Origin: Takakia lepidozioides
Taxonomy: Eukaryota > Plantae > Bryophyta
DNA: 64,000 nucleotides
Direction: 5' to 3'
Assembly (NCBI GenBank): GCA_030704615.1
Contig: CM060731.1
Coordinates: forward strand, 25,420,001-25,484,000
The position numbers and the translations under genes are program-made. How positions within the stretch are numbered: the first letter of the stretch is position 1; the number at the start of each line of letters is the position of its first letter. A model generated the notes under the pieces. The model saw only the letters and a program-made list of their open reading frames with translations, searched no databases and was not told where the DNA came from. Below are positions 36,753 to 50,358 of the stretch, piece after piece.

Positions 36753-39700
36753 AAGTGCGAGAGAAATTTACAGAGAAAGTAAATGGTTCAAATTTATACA
36801 TCTTGCACATCAAGTCAAATTGTTTGCAGCTCTCTTGGTGCCCTAACCCCGCGCGTCCAAGCCATGACAAGCTCACTGCAACACACAGGGAAAGTAATGG
36901 CTTGAAGTGGACAAATATTTAAATTTTGAACTACTTGATCCAACAACTATGCCAAATAAACTCACATTTGCACAAAAACAATTCAATGACAGTAAGCTTC
37001 AACAAAAGACCATGCTACACAAGAAAATGCATCACAAAGCAAAGATTACAGGTCTCCGAAACTTTGGATTCCACACACTTCAACTTAGCAGCGTTAGATT
37101 CCGTTGGTGCAAAGTTCAACTGAAGCAAAGCCCATGTCCAGCCTACTGGGATAATAATAGCATCTGCTTTTCTCTTTCACCATCTCCCTTGGCACTGTGT
37201 GGCAGCTTTATGATCACAAAGAGCAAGGACAAAACATGCACAAAGGTCTTCAATTCTCCAACATCCTGTCATTCTACCAGTGTCATCTAGGAGGGAACAT
37301 CCACCAAAGGTGGTATACAGTAATCACGAGAAAACAAACAGGATCCAGTCAATCCTGAGAAAACAAACAAGATCCAGTCAATCCTGGGTAGCCTGTTGCA
37401 ACGCGCTTGCTTAAACACAAGACTACCTGCCTGGAGAGTGGGTTTCTATGTTAGACGCGTTTTAGTGCAGAACTGGTAAACTCATAGGTAACAAGCACAT
37501 GATAGCAAGGAAGGAGCAATGCAATTACTATCGATTCCCTTGCTAGGGGGATTAGGCCTCTCACTGCATCATCCCTGCATTCTAATACTCCTCAGGCCAG
37601 TTCAGGCTTTTTAAGCAACCGGCATACCACACTAGCCAGCATCGCTTGAAGAGAGAACAAGTTTTTGAGGAGAGAAACTACATGAGCTGGTGGTGTTGAG
37701 CTACTCATCCCAAGGTGTTTGCTGACCTAGAAACCATTTCTGTTTCCGTCTGCAAAGGCATCACCGACACAAAATTTGGCCTTCTTGATACGCATGACAG
37801 TCAACACAGGTGGGCACAGATAGACATACCCATTCCGCATTGCCATTCACAACATTTTGCATGACACACAAAGCAGGTTGCACTACTGAGCATGTGCCAG
37901 TTTGTCTTGATCACCATAGTGACACCCATGATTCCACAAACAAGCCTTCCAGCTTCATAGTTAGACTCTACAGAAACAGGTAGAACAAATCCAGATACGA
38001 CTGGGGGTGTTTAACCATGAGTGTGATTACCAGAATTAGTATAATGTGACGCGCGGTCCATATAAAACATCATAACAAGAGTTTAAAGACAGATCTCCCC
38101 TTCATCTACATCTCTTGACAAACAGGGTGGCAATATGAAACAACTTGGTCACAGGCCGCATTCCCACAACCCTACAGCAGAGCAGACTCACAATCATCCC
38201 TCTTTACAGTCAGCTACAATGCCCCCTTCTCTTTAGTGAACCGAGATCTTCTGTTAGTAGAAGCACTTGTCATCATCTTCATGCACTAAAAAGAATGGTA
38301 CCTAGCATGCCGGAACCTTCCAACACTATCACAGAAATCTAGGTTGGAAGCAAGGTCAAGGGAATTCCACTTTTCACTGAACTTCTGTGCCTCACTCCTT
38401 AGTGAATATGGTTTTCCAATGTAATCACAATCCTGCACTTCAGCACTGCGGGGTAAAGCCTGCCCCAACTGATCAAGCAAAAACACATTTTTCGTAGCCC
38501 CCCTAACACACAACTTTCCATTTCTCCTCTCATTACAAACAAGACCCCTCCCTCTATCTGCTCTCCCTTCTGCTGATCGGGGACGCTCACACCCCACGGA
38601 CTCTGACAGAACATTGGCAACAACAGCCCTCTCTGTCTCTCTCTCTTTCTGTTTTAATCTCTGAGTCTTGACCCTATCATTAGGCTCATTTAAGAATTCT
38701 ATAACACTCTTCTTACCTCTATCTCTCCCTGCCCTCTCACCCCTGAATGTACGAGCACCCACAGAACCAAGTTCTTGAACAGCTCCAAAACGCCCCTTTC
38801 CACGCTGCAAAACGCCCCCCTTCTTTCTATCTTTCCCTCTTCCACTACCTACATGTCCCCATCACACAGAACCAGATCCAATAGTAAGTTTCAAATTACA
38901 TCTTACATTAATGTTTAAGAATATGCACTTTTTTAGAACTTCTCTGCTTTCATGGAGAACTTTAGAGCCGTCTTATGACAGAGACATGGGTGGACATGAA
39001 ATGAAAAACGATGAATAAGAAATACAATGGAGATTGGAACAAACAAAACCTTAATCCAGCCGTCCAAAGGACTGGTTACTGGTGGCTCCACAACGGGAGA
39101 GGAGGGGGCTGGGGGGAAAGAGACAATGGTCTCGCCATCATCCTAACTGAAAGTAAATGCAGTGACTTCCACTCACCCGAGGAGAAGAATGCATCGCTTA
39201 CATTCCATATGTTAACTTGCAATACCCGAGACGAGGAAATTCGCCAAATTAAATACAAGCCATACATTACAATCACTGAGCCAGAGTGTGTGGTATAGAG
39301 AGACACCACCTCAAATAGAAGCCAGAAGGATCCATAAGGGAGGAGCGGGTCTGTCAGGGGCAACCAGTCTTCCCCCCCAACAGAATGTTGGGAAGTGAAA
39401 GGAGAGGATGGCCACTAGGAATATACCCCATGGGATAGGCAGCCCCTCTCAACCTCCTGTAGGCTTTCACCCACCCACCTGCCACCCCCCGCCCGTACCT
39501 CCAAAAAGGAGTCCGCATTTGCATCATTCCCCTTTGGAACAAGGACCACAAATTGCCTGCACAACTGCATCTATCCCAACCATTTCTACACTAGCATACA
39601 CTATTTTAATAGCAATACGTACTTGGCCCATCACATAATGGGCCCCTCACGTCCCTCCCAACCTCCGCCCCGCTGCTTGGACTTTTGCCCCCCTGTTGTT

Positions 39701-39828
39701 GCTCTCTTTGCATGCTCTCACTCTCTCTCCTGCCCTGGGAACCGTAGACTCCACACTGAGGCAGACTATCAATGGATAATGTGCTCTTGATGGACAGAAA
39801 ATTGATGGTGCTCGTGCACAAGAAAAGA

Positions 39829-42800
39829 CTAGCTCGGTTTATCAGTTGTCCGGGAGTCACCATTCACACGGCTACTGCCCTCGGCAGATAAAGCCAAAAT
39901 GTCAGGCGTGATTTCCCAGCTCCCACTTTTGCGGCCCCAACTGGAGCGCCGCGGATGGACCACTGGAGCACGGCCGGTCTCTAGTGGGTTTGCATCAAAT
40001 CCATCCTTCATTTCCAGCCCCAGTTCACTGCCATTGCTGACACGCCCCCCTGCCATCTCCAGCTCAATGCCATCTCCACCCTCCCCAACTCCCACAGGCC
40101 ATGTAGGCTTACCCCCCATCTCTACATCAGCTGTAATTGGTGCATCCCTTGCTTGTGGGGTGGCCCCCATTTGCATTTGCCCTGGTACTACCTCCTGCAC
40201 CCTGGATCGGAACCTGTTCTTGGAGGGAGCAATTGGTGCGCAAAATATCTCCTGAAAGTTACTCGAAACCCCCTGGTTGTAGGGATTCACCTTATTGTCA
40301 TACCGATATCGGAAGTTCTCGTAGGTTGTCTGTGACACAGAACGGTGATGTTTCAGTATATGCATACAAATGAAGTCTGGGATTCCCATGAAGAGGACAA
40401 TGGGGGTGGGAATGGTGCAAGGCAGGAGAGACAAGGGAGGACATGAGGGACGCACTTGGTAGACTCTGTCATTATTACCAATTGAGCAATAGACCCCAAA
40501 CCTGCTTGGGTAGAGCCCTGGTGGTTGACAGAAAAAAGAGAAGCTAGCTAGACACTAATGGGTACAGGAATAGCATAGAACACACTGACCTAATTGACAA
40601 GTAACTCTGGATCCTTCATAGACTTTCAAACGTGGTGACAAGGGTGAAACAACTCATATAAGAACTCAAGCCAAGTCCTGCAGACCTGCAAATGGGCTGC
40701 AATGTCTGAAGAAATATAATGGGTGAAGGAGAAAGGTGTGGACCTGATTTGTGCTGATGAGGTACAGATGGAAGAGCGTGAGCCCACCAACAAACCAGAC
40801 AGCAATAAAGCTATAAACCATAAGAACAACAGCTGCTGGTGAATGGGCCATAGCTTTCAACACAGTGCGATGCTCTGTATCCATCAGAATCTTGACGTAA
40901 ACAGCACAGAATGCAAACACATACACACACAGGACCGTTGTTGAACACACGAACATAAAGAAGAATCGGTAGTTCCTCTGCACACACTCCACTTCACTCA
41001 TTAGCACACTGTCATGCTAGTCTGTAGTACTGCCCCTTTCCACACACACCCATTCATAATAAACTGCACCAGGCAACCTTACCTAGCAGGACCCATTGGA
41101 GGTATTTCCAACAATGGCAACACTTAATGCAACTTCCTGGCCAAGTCAAGCGCATGCTGATGGAGGGCACATTAAAGGAAGAGATGACAAAAGATAAGGG
41201 GGAGGGTTTTGAATTTCATGAACTGTGTTCTGGGTGTTTCCCCTCTTACAAGAGACAGGCAGAGAATGCAATCGGAAGACGTTGTTTGCCGTAGCCTTGT
41301 GGCCATTTGACCCAGTGCCCAATTTGAGTGGAACACAAAGGGACAGAAACTACCTTTGTCAGGGGCTGACGCCGGTAGTATGACTTGGCCTTGGAACAGA
41401 GAATTGACCTGAGTTTCCCAGATATCCTCTAGAAATCCCTTAATACAAGCATCAATCTGCTGTGTGTGATTTTCCCAATAACTAGGCCCCAAAAGTGGCT
41501 GGCTCAGCCTTGAGATTTTTGAAGTTGGTAAATAGAGGTACAGGAACAAATCCCTTGATGGATTTGAAGAGGGCGTCTCTCTGGTGAGAGTACCCAAGAG
41601 ACAGGCAGAGAGAGGTAGAGAGAGAGAGTGAGTACTTGGCCAATGCATTGTCCAACCCAGGGGCAATGGTGGTCAAAGCGGAGCACACAGTTGTTACAAA
41701 TTGAGCAGTGGGAGCAGCGGGGCGGGCGGTACAGCATGCATGTGTCACAATACTTCGTCTTTACTGACACACCATTCACAATGACATCCTTGGTTCGTGG
41801 AAGCCGCACGCGCCCCGGGGTTTGCCCTCCCCCCCATTCTGCTGGAGAGGTGGCAGGATCGAAGTCCTCCTCCGGTTCAGGTGGGTGGAGGTTGCGTGGA
41901 ATGATTCCAGGATCCCTGCCAGATGTCAGCAGCAACAAGACCAATACCTACAAACACACAGACACATGAGATCAATCCACCACATGTCCCTTCTATATCG
42001 TACTAAAGTCTCTGAAACATCAAGATTGAGAATGAAGAAGACAGAAGAGTAGGTCTACTACCCGCCATGAGGGATCTACACCAAGACAAGATACATGGAG
42101 GAAAACAGGACAAAGTGGTGGATAGCAACAAAAGACTCAATTGGAAGCAGTGCCACCTAAGTGATTCGACTCCACAATGCAGCTTACAAAACCACATAAG
42201 AGGAAGGGACTGGGACTAACATAGGCGGTGTATACAACAGTGATAGCCATGATGGAAATGCCTGCACTGTGTGCAAAGTGATGAAGAAGGTGGCGGGCGA
42301 TAAACACACAGAAGACCACAGCTGGTGCCACAATTAAGATGACCGTCACCAGTAATGACCTTACATCTGGTCCAAATATCAATCTCCCGCACAGGAAGAA
42401 CCTCTACACAGCAAAGTACAGCAAATCAATCTCAATCACAGGTGTCTCTCATTCCCACACATCCATGCACATATGAAAAAACTTCAAAGAAGCTTCCAGC
42501 TATGAAAGTCAGTGAGAGGCCAATCCAGCAGCCAGGGATGGGTACAAGATGCTTCTGGAGATGCTGGACAGTGTACTTCCAAACCAATTAGATTGATGCC
42601 TGTATGCACCCTCTTACTTCATGCACCTGGTCCACAAAAGGACATTGACTGCCAAGACAATTAGTTTATGCATGTAGGCGGCTACTAAGAAGAGTCCAAG
42701 CACAGTTTAAATCATACTACCTGGAAGACAACAACACTAAGACAGTCACGAGACAAAGCTCCACGCTAATGTGGATTGACACAGTGAACTAACAGAATCA

Positions 42801-43765
42801 CATTTGGCAAGATCTGTTGTGCTAGGGGACCAAATGGCTTATTCCATTACAGAATTGCCTCAGTTACTTCCAGTGGTGACCTCACAAATGGTGCTAAAGT
42901 ATTCAGACATGGGCGTTAACAAGAGGAGGGTATTATCTGCTCAATGTTTGCAGACACAGAGACTGAATCCGTAAGTGTTCCCAAACATGGATGTTCACGA
43001 CCTTAACACAGTCACGGAGCTATTCTAGCTCAAGAAATCACCCAAACATCAGGATCCTCATGTACAAACTTCGTTAGCAAAGCCCTTATACTGGAAAAAG
43101 AGGGAGAAAGCAGTAGATTTGAGAAAAAGAGGGAGAAAAAGAGGGACATCTCCCATGAAACATCTCCCATGAGTCTGGATGCCCTCTTATTCGTCCCTCA
43201 GTATCATGTCTACAACACTAAATACCTCTGCCAGTCTTTCCTCTCCATCTTGACTTGATCCAACTCATAGCCATATCGACTTCCATAATAGGGCTGGATA
43301 ACTTCCGCTGCTCTGGATAGGAACAGGATGAGGAAGGTAACCGAGCTGTTGCCAAACACTCTGGCACATCGCTTTGATAGGTCAACAGAATCAATGAGCA
43401 CATCAAAGGAATGTGGCACTGTTCTATTGAGTTCAGTGGCAAGATGTGCATGGAACGCTGATCTCCCTGTGCTGCAAGCCTCCGTTCAGCAAAAGATCAA
43501 TTCAACTTTTCCGCGCCACCTTCACATGGCACTCTGACATCCTCGCAAGAGCATGGGGCTCCAGGGTAACCCTTTGGAGGTCACGACGCGCCAACTCAGA
43601 CAAGACAGGAGACGATCCTACGCCAGGGGGAGTCAACCTACACGACGAGCAGCAAACGAGCCAGAGAGCGAGAGAAAGCGAGCCACTTACATTACTTCCT
43701 TTCCAGACTTGATAAACACGCTTGGCCATCGTGGTCTGATCCTTCCTAGGGTTCGCTACATCCAT
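39829..43765 (-). CDS. DHHC-type protein S-acyltransferase (ERF2/PAT-like); exons 43765-43691, 42403-42221, 41947-41636, 40977-40744, 40329-39829; 434 aa
   Basis: [10 protein letters not shown] / [13 protein letters not shown] / [11 protein letters not shown]...[40 protein letters not shown] / RNYRFFF...HLYLISTNQ / [11 protein letters not shown]. All four introns are phase-0 GT-AG. Confidence 0.96.
41260..41595. repeat. Dispersed repeat in intron 3 of the DHHC gene, homologous to 55065-55390
   Basis: Co-linear blocks GAAGACGTTGT.TGCC..AGCCTTGTG, ACTACCTTTGT, AGCATCAATCTGCTGT, AAGTTGGT.AA.AGAGGT.CAGG and CTTGATGG in both copies. Confidence 0.8.
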
Positions 43766-44894
43766 GTCCACTCCTTCATCGCCCCGCGCCACCTCGGCTG
43801 TGCCCCTCGCATCCCTGCACCTTAAAATTACCCTACCAGTCTTCACATTGCACACCCTGCCACACCCCTGCTTTGCATCCAACCTCGCTCGCTACCACCA
43901 CCTCCCCTCTTCCCCCTCTACTCCCAGTTCACTTTTTTCCTTTCATTTCAGCCCCGCATCACCACAGCTCCAATGCCAGAGGGATCTTCATTGACTTGCT
44001 CGGCCTTGTGCAACAACAAAGGCTGATGAGCAACGCAGGATCGCAAGGTCCCATCAGACACGGGACGACAGACGACGCGAAGACTCTCTTCTCACAAGAA
44101 GGCACCGGCTTCGTGGGGCCAGACTCTTTGCCCCCGCCAGTAACGGCAATCTTTCGACGCCGTCGCTCTTTTCCGTCGCTCCCCCGTCGATGCCGTCCTC
44201 TGCGGCCACTCCTGCGCTCAGATTATAGCGGGAACAGAGTGACGGCGGTACTCGCCGTCGACGTTTGCCGTCGTCGCTCAACTGCCCCCAAGCTTCGGCC
44301 CTGTCAGCCTTTTGCGCACACTAGTTTCTTTCCAGGTAGACACTGAGGACCTTCCGACGGCTCAGATGCACTCACCATCTCATCGGATGGTCAGCGACTT
44401 ACAGCGTGCTCCACGAACAGTCTAGGTCCTGAGGATGGATGTATCGCATTTGCAGCAAGCATTTCATTCATCGTACACGTGTTTGGCTAATGAAATCGTT
44501 TTTGTCTCTCATATAATTTTCTGTTACTTCTGTAGGATTCTCTTGTGCTGCATTCTGGAGGCTTCAATCCCTCTGGGGATCTCTCATCTCCCTCTTGGTT
44601 TTCTGTCTTTATAAGAAAATAAAAGATAAAGGGAGAGAAGCCCGTTTACTTTCTTTTTTCTTTTTTCTTTTTTCTTTAAAGGAAGACAGCCCACAATTCA
44701 GGCCCTTGAGGAGGGGGAAAAATTAACCCCCTTTTACTCAAATTAACTGCCGGGAAAAAAGTAAGGCTTTCTACGTTGACGAGTTTTTAGCTTGCTCGTC
44801 CTAAGTTTGTCCTCGGTGGTTGGTTTTGGGTTGGTTCAACATGTATATTTTTCCAATTGACTCATTCTACTAGGATAACCCCACAAGGCATTGC

Positions 44895-45513
44895 GTTGAA
44901 GTCAAGGGAGAAAATGTGGTGAAAAGGAGCTTACACCGTGTCAAAGCACCGATTGGTGTGTTGTGCTTAGTCATGCTCCCTAGTTTTACCTTCCTCTTAG
45001 CAAGAGATCCCATTGTGGTTCCAGGCTTGTTTATTGGATCTCTTGTAGAGAGAGACTAAGCATCATGTTGAAGTCAAGGGAGAAAATGTGGTGAAAAGGA
45101 GCTTACACCGTGTCAAAGCACCGATTGGTGTGTTGTGCTTAGTCATGCTCCCTAGTTTTACCTTCCTCTTAGCAAGAGATCCCATTGTGGTTCCAGGCTT
45201 GTTTATTGGATCTCTTGTAGAGAGAGACTAAGCATCATGTTGAAGTCAAGGGAGAAAATGTGGTGAAAAGGAGCTTACACCGTGTCAAAGCACCGATTGG
45301 TGTGTTGTGCTTAGTCATGCTCCCTAGTTTTACCTTCCTCTTAGCAAGAGATCCCATTGTGGTTCCAGGCTTGTTTATTGGATCTCTTGTAGAGAGAGAC
45401 TAAGCATCATGTTGAAGTCAAGGGAGAAAATGTGGTGAAAAGGAGCTTACACCGTGTCAAAGCACCGATTGGTGTGTTGTGTTGAGTCATGCTCCTAGTC
45501 TTACATTCCTCTT
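44895..45513. repeat. Tandem array of a 172-bp unit (3 full copies plus 1 partial)
   Basis: GTTGAAGTCAAGGGAGAAAATGTGG starts at 44895, 45067, 45239 and 45411. The first three copies appear identical. Confidence 0.95.
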
Positions 45514-45611
45514 ATGTTCTTCCAAAGCAAGAGAGCATAAATTTGAGTGACAGTCAATTTTAAGTGAGCCGAGTCAATCGTGCAATGGCGACTCTCAATT
45601 CTCCACCAACA

Positions 45612-45750
45612 GTTAGTAGCTCAGTTGGTTAAGTGCACTGAGTGCCACCCAGATGATTCTGGGGTCAAATCTTGCTACTGACGGGTGTGGTATGGTTCCT
45701 GGGCGGTGTCCCACTCATTCGCCTCCATGGCGCATAAATGAAAGAGGTTA
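45612..45750 (+). mobile_element. Degenerate tRNA-derived SINE
   Basis: A box TAGCTCAGTTGG (45617-45628) and B-box-like GGGTCAAATC (45662-45671) at tRNA-like spacing; no complete cloverleaf. Confidence 0.55.
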
Positions 45751-47063
45751 TTTTTTCCTCTCACTACAAAGGGGCCTGATTTGTGAGCTGTCGCTCCCAG
45801 GTGTTTCCCTTTCCTTTAAAAATAAATAAAAATAAAAAGTAAAAATAAAATCTCCTTTTAATTTAATATAAGAGAAAAAAGAACAAGACAGTGGAATCAG
45901 GGGTGGCCACGCAGTCAGAAAAACATTTCTTTCTTCTATTTTATCTGGATGGCCAAGTGGATGACAGTTTACATTCATGCATTCAATGCCTCAACACTTT
46001 TCATCCAAAGAGCTTGTTTCCTTATCCGTGGAGAGATTCTCATGTTCTTGCAGGAAATAGCCTAGGTCTAAGGTATCTATGTAGGTAATCCTCAAAAATT
46101 TGAATTATATTAATGACTATTTCAGTTTATTTATTTATTGATCTTCAAGAACGCAAGTAATGGTGGTCATACAGCGGCACTGGTCGTCCACGCATCCGTC
46201 TACTTCCGTCCACTTCTATCCATCCAAACGTCGTCCGGATCCACTGGTCGTCGACGTACGCCGTCTGTTCATCCAAGGCCGAAGCAAAAGATGGTTTGGC
46301 AGCGAAAAGAAAGGGCCCGCAGATGCCATGCCAACGCAGCACTTGGTGTAGCATTAACAGCCCGGTCAAATTTGATAATGTTGTAAGTGGCAGAGACCCG
46401 TATGTTGGGTATGGGTGGAGCATAGCGACCAATCATCAATGGCATTCATATTTGGAACAAGTCACCCTTTCAACTTTAGAAAATGGGACAAGAATGGATG
46501 AGGATGTATGAAAAATCCTCATTCATAAGTTCAACCTGCAGAGTGATGAACGAGAATAGTATTGATCTCCCCAAGGTTAACTTGGCTACTGACAAAGGAT
46601 AATAATGTGAATGTTGAATGGTAATTGGTGCTGGTAACTAGGTAATAATGCATCAATCCTTCATTACGTTCAGCCAGCTCACTCAAAGGAGGAAGGGACC
46701 CTTGGGCCCCCTTTATTTATTTATTTGTTTATTTATTTTGGTTTTGTTTTGTTTGGGAGAAAGGGACAAAAGCCCATAAATCATAAAGCATTCCTTCACA
46801 TGTTGGGTAAACATCTGCAGACGCTATTAGTGAAGATGGAATTTATTGTACTATTTTGTATTGCAATTTAGAACAAGCATACAGAGCAGTCACTATGCAC
46901 CCCACCTGCTTGCTGGCCCTTCTTGCTGCCTGTCACTGGTGATGCTGCAGATCCTGCTGAACTGCATCCACTCCTTGGTTAGTCCTTGTTTCCAATGCAA
47001 AAATGAAACAGACTGTCGCACTCTAAGCAAATCATCCCAAGGGGGGATGATATGGATAGCAAA

Positions 47064-49181
47064 TCATCCCACGGGAGATGATATGGATAGCGACGACAGT
47101 ATAGACAACAAAGAATCCTGCAAGCTGCCTGCAAATAAAGCAGCAGCATTTTGCGGATCACTGTTGAGAATGTATTTTGCTGCATCTTCTGCTAGATCCA
47201 CATTGTCCTGAACTCTGCAGGCTCCAAGCAAGGCTGCCCACACCGAAGCACCTGGTTCAATTGGCATTTTCTTGATGAAGTCTTGTGCCTCAACCAATCG
47301 CCCTCCACGGCCGATCAGGCCCACCATGCAGCCAAAATGCTCCACAGTAGGAGTCATTTCATGATCTTTACTCATGGAATTATAGTAGTGACGACCTTCA
47401 TCCACCAGACCGACATGACTACATGCAGAGAGCAGACACAAAAAGGTGATACTGTTCGGTTTCAAGCCTTCCTGTTGCATCTGTTCGAATAGTTGCAGGG
47501 CCTCCCTACCACAACCATGCTGAGCATACCCTGCGATCATTGCATTCCATGAAACCACATCTCGTTCACTCATATTGTCAAACACTTGACACGCATCTTT
47601 TATGCTCCCACATTTGGCATACATGTCAACGAGGGCGTTCTCCAAATTAATATATGGCAGAATCCCTGCTTTCATGATGTCAGCATGGATCTCTTTGCCC
47701 TTTTCCAGGGCCGCCAGGCTGGCACATGCCCTGAGAATACAAATGAAGGTGACCTTGTTGGGCGTAACCCCTTCAAGTATCATGTCCCCATACATCTCCA
47801 AAGCCTCCCTACCACACCCATGTTGAGAATATCCCGCGATCATCACACTCCATGAGACCACATCTCGTTTGAGCATATTGTTGAACAATTGACGTGAATC
47901 CTCTATGCCACCACATTTGAAATACATATCAATAAGGGCATTCTGCAGGATGATATCTGGTGCAATTCCACTCTTGCTGATGTCAGCATGGACCACTTTG
48001 CCCTTCTCCAGGGTGCCTAGGCTGGCACAAGCATTGATTACGCAAGTGAAGGTGACTCTGTTGGGCCTCACCCCTTCTAATATCATTTGATCATAGATCT
48101 CCAAAGCCTCCTTGCCACACCCACGCAGAGAATATCCCCCAATCATTGCACTCCATGAGACCACATCTCGTTTAGCCATACTCCTGAAAACTAAACCTGC
48201 ATCCTTGACACTCCCACATTTTGCATACATGTCAACAAGGGTATTCTCGAGAACAATATCTAATGCAGTTCCACTTTTGCCAATATCAGCATGGACCTCT
48301 TTCCCCTTTTCCAGGGCTCCTAGGCTGGCACATGCATTGAGAATGCAGATGAACGTGACCCTGTTGGGGCTCACCCCTTGCTGTTTCATTTGCTCATAGA
48401 TCTTGAAGGCCTTCCCAGTACACCCATGGTTGGCATACCCTGCCATCATTACAGTCCACGTGACCACATCTCGTTTAGACATCGTGTCAAACACTTCGAG
48501 TGCATCCACCATGCTCCCACACTTGGAATACATGTCAACAAGGGAGTTCTCCAGAGTGATGTCTGGCAAAATTCCACTCCTGCTAATGTGAGCGTGAACC
48601 TCTTTGCCCTTTTCCAGGACTCCTAGGCCTGCACATGCAATAAGAATGCAAATGAACGTGACCCTGTTGGGTGTCACGCCTTCCCCGATCATTTGTTCAT
48701 AGATCAAGAAAGACTCCCTACCACACCCATGCTTTGCATATCCTGCCATCATTATAGTCCAGGTGACCACATCCCGTTTAGCCATCTTATCAAAAACTCT
48801 GCGGGCATCCAGCACACTCCCGCACTTGGCATACATGTTAACAAGGGTTTTAAATAGAAAGATGTTTGGCTTGAATCCACTTCCAATAATGTGGGCATGG
48901 ACCTGCTTTCCCTCTGCTAGGGCTTTCATATTAATGCACTCCTGCAAGACACAGACATAAGTATTGGAGTCGGCCCGAATGCCCCCTTGGTTCAAAATGT
49001 GCAGTGCCTCTTTCAGTCTTCCTGCCTTACATAGTGCCTTCACATCTCCACAATCGCCAGAGGAATTGTTATTGAGTACCTCGTTTGGTCCTCCTTTAAA
49101 AGCAGTGGTGAGGGTGGAGGTGCTGCTAATGCTGCCAGTCTGATGTCCCACAAGCAGCTGAACCTGATGCAACCCCGCCAT
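47064..49181 (-). CDS. PLS-class PPR protein truncated in the E region (no DYW); paralog of 1000-3300
   Basis: Open intronless frame with repeated ~101-aa P-L-S triplets. Shares N-terminal [16 protein letters not shown] with the first PPR. E1 is present, similarity is lost after DPQNAA, and no PG box, HSE or DYW follows. First ATG at 49181 (ORF track starts at a GTG, 49223). Confidence 0.88.
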   Translation of the reverse strand: MAGLHQVQLLVGHQTGSISSTSTLTTAFKGGPNEVLNNNSSGDCGDVKALCKAGRLKEALHILNQGGIRADSNTYVCVLQECINMKALAEGKQVHAHIIGSGFKPNIFLFKTLVNMYAKCGSVLDARRVFDKMAKRDVVTWTIMMAGYAKHGCGRESFLIYEQMIGEGVTPNRVTFICILIACAGLGVLEKGKEVHAHISRSGILPDITLENSLVDMYSKCGSMVDALEVFDTMSKRDVVTWTVMMAGYANHGCTGKAFKIYEQMKQQGVSPNRVTFICILNACASLGALEKGKEVHADIGKSGTALDIVLENTLVDMYAKCGSVKDAGLVFRSMAKRDVVSWSAMIGGYSLRGCGKEALEIYDQMILEGVRPNRVTFTCVINACASLGTLEKGKVVHADISKSGIAPDIILQNALIDMYFKCGGIEDSRQLFNNMLKRDVVSWSVMIAGYSQHGCGREALEMYGDMILEGVTPNKVTFICILRACASLAALEKGKEIHADIMKAGILPYINLENALVDMYAKCGSIKDACQVFDNMSERDVVSWNAMIAGYAQHGCGREALQLFEQMQQEGLKPNSITFLCLLSACSHVGLVDEGRHYYNSMSKDHEMTPTVEHFGCMVGLIGRGGRLVEAQDFIKKMPIEPGASVWAALLGACRVQDNVDLAEDAAKYILNSDPQNAAALFAGSLQDSLLSILSSLSISSPVG

Positions 49182-50358
49182 CCTACAGCACCCTGAGTTA
49201 CTAACCTTTACACTCAAGGTCACAAAACATATCCAGAACCTTCAACCAAAGATGTCAGGCACCTTCCAAAAAACAGGATACAATGGTACAGCAGTTAGAA
49301 CAACCCTATCCATTTGAGTTGGAACCCCTAAATCATCACTAAAGCAATACCTGTTGTAGTTTTCGCCTTGAGCTTCATATCGTACACCCACCGCAGAATC
49401 ATCACCAGATTGTGCTCCACCTTGCATGATGACAGACAGCTCTGCTATTCCCCAATGAGCGTTTGACCAACACCTCATCAACAAGACCTCATTTGGCATG
49501 GAGTCTGCTAATCTTGAAACTTTCTGGAAAACCCACTAGTAGGCATCCACGGTGGGGGACTGGGAACTACCAGTCCCTATCTGGAAGACTGTGGGAGCGC
49601 ACCCTGAACTTACCCAATGCCCTTAGAAGAGAGGGAGATAGAGCTGCAGACAAGTAATTGGGCTGCAAGCTTCTATATTCACGGAGGACCAAGAATGTCT
49701 CCCCAAAGAACTGCAGTTTTATCGTGATATTGGCTGGTTTCCATGTCCGCCCGACGTGAAGGTCCATAAGTTCTCGTCTGATGCAACTATTGCGGTCCTT
49801 TTTGGATCCAATTTCCAACCCCTCCGAATTTGTTGGCAGTAGGAAACCAACGGAGCGCTCAAGCCGAAAGAACAAATCAACCTCAGAATCTTCCAACATA
49901 TGCAACCTTCAACGCGACAGACATTAGTTTTCCGTTCAAATTCTCTTAAGGCTTACGACGGACTTGGTCACCCTTCGGGCATGATTCGTTGAACAAATCC
50001 GATGAAAAACTAATTTGACTCTGCCTGGCTGCTGTGTCGTACACGTTTGTTGTTGATTCTGAAGGCTTCAGAGATTTGCAACCCGGAATCTTGCTTGAAA
50101 GACCGAGCCAGAGCCTGAGTGTTGATGTTTGAATATCCTTCCAGCTCAACGGGGAATATGGGACATGGGACATGGGACACAGGCTCGCCCGATGTTTCAG
50201 CGGGTGCGTAAACCAAAGTCGACAATCTCTCGGGATGTCCGAGAATGTGGACGTCCGCCGGCCGAGTCTAAGGACATCCATCATCCATCCATGTAACTGA
50301 GTCGTTCGTTGAGCGGGGGTATGAATAGGAGTGAGAGGGTGGTCTGGGAGGCGGGGCG

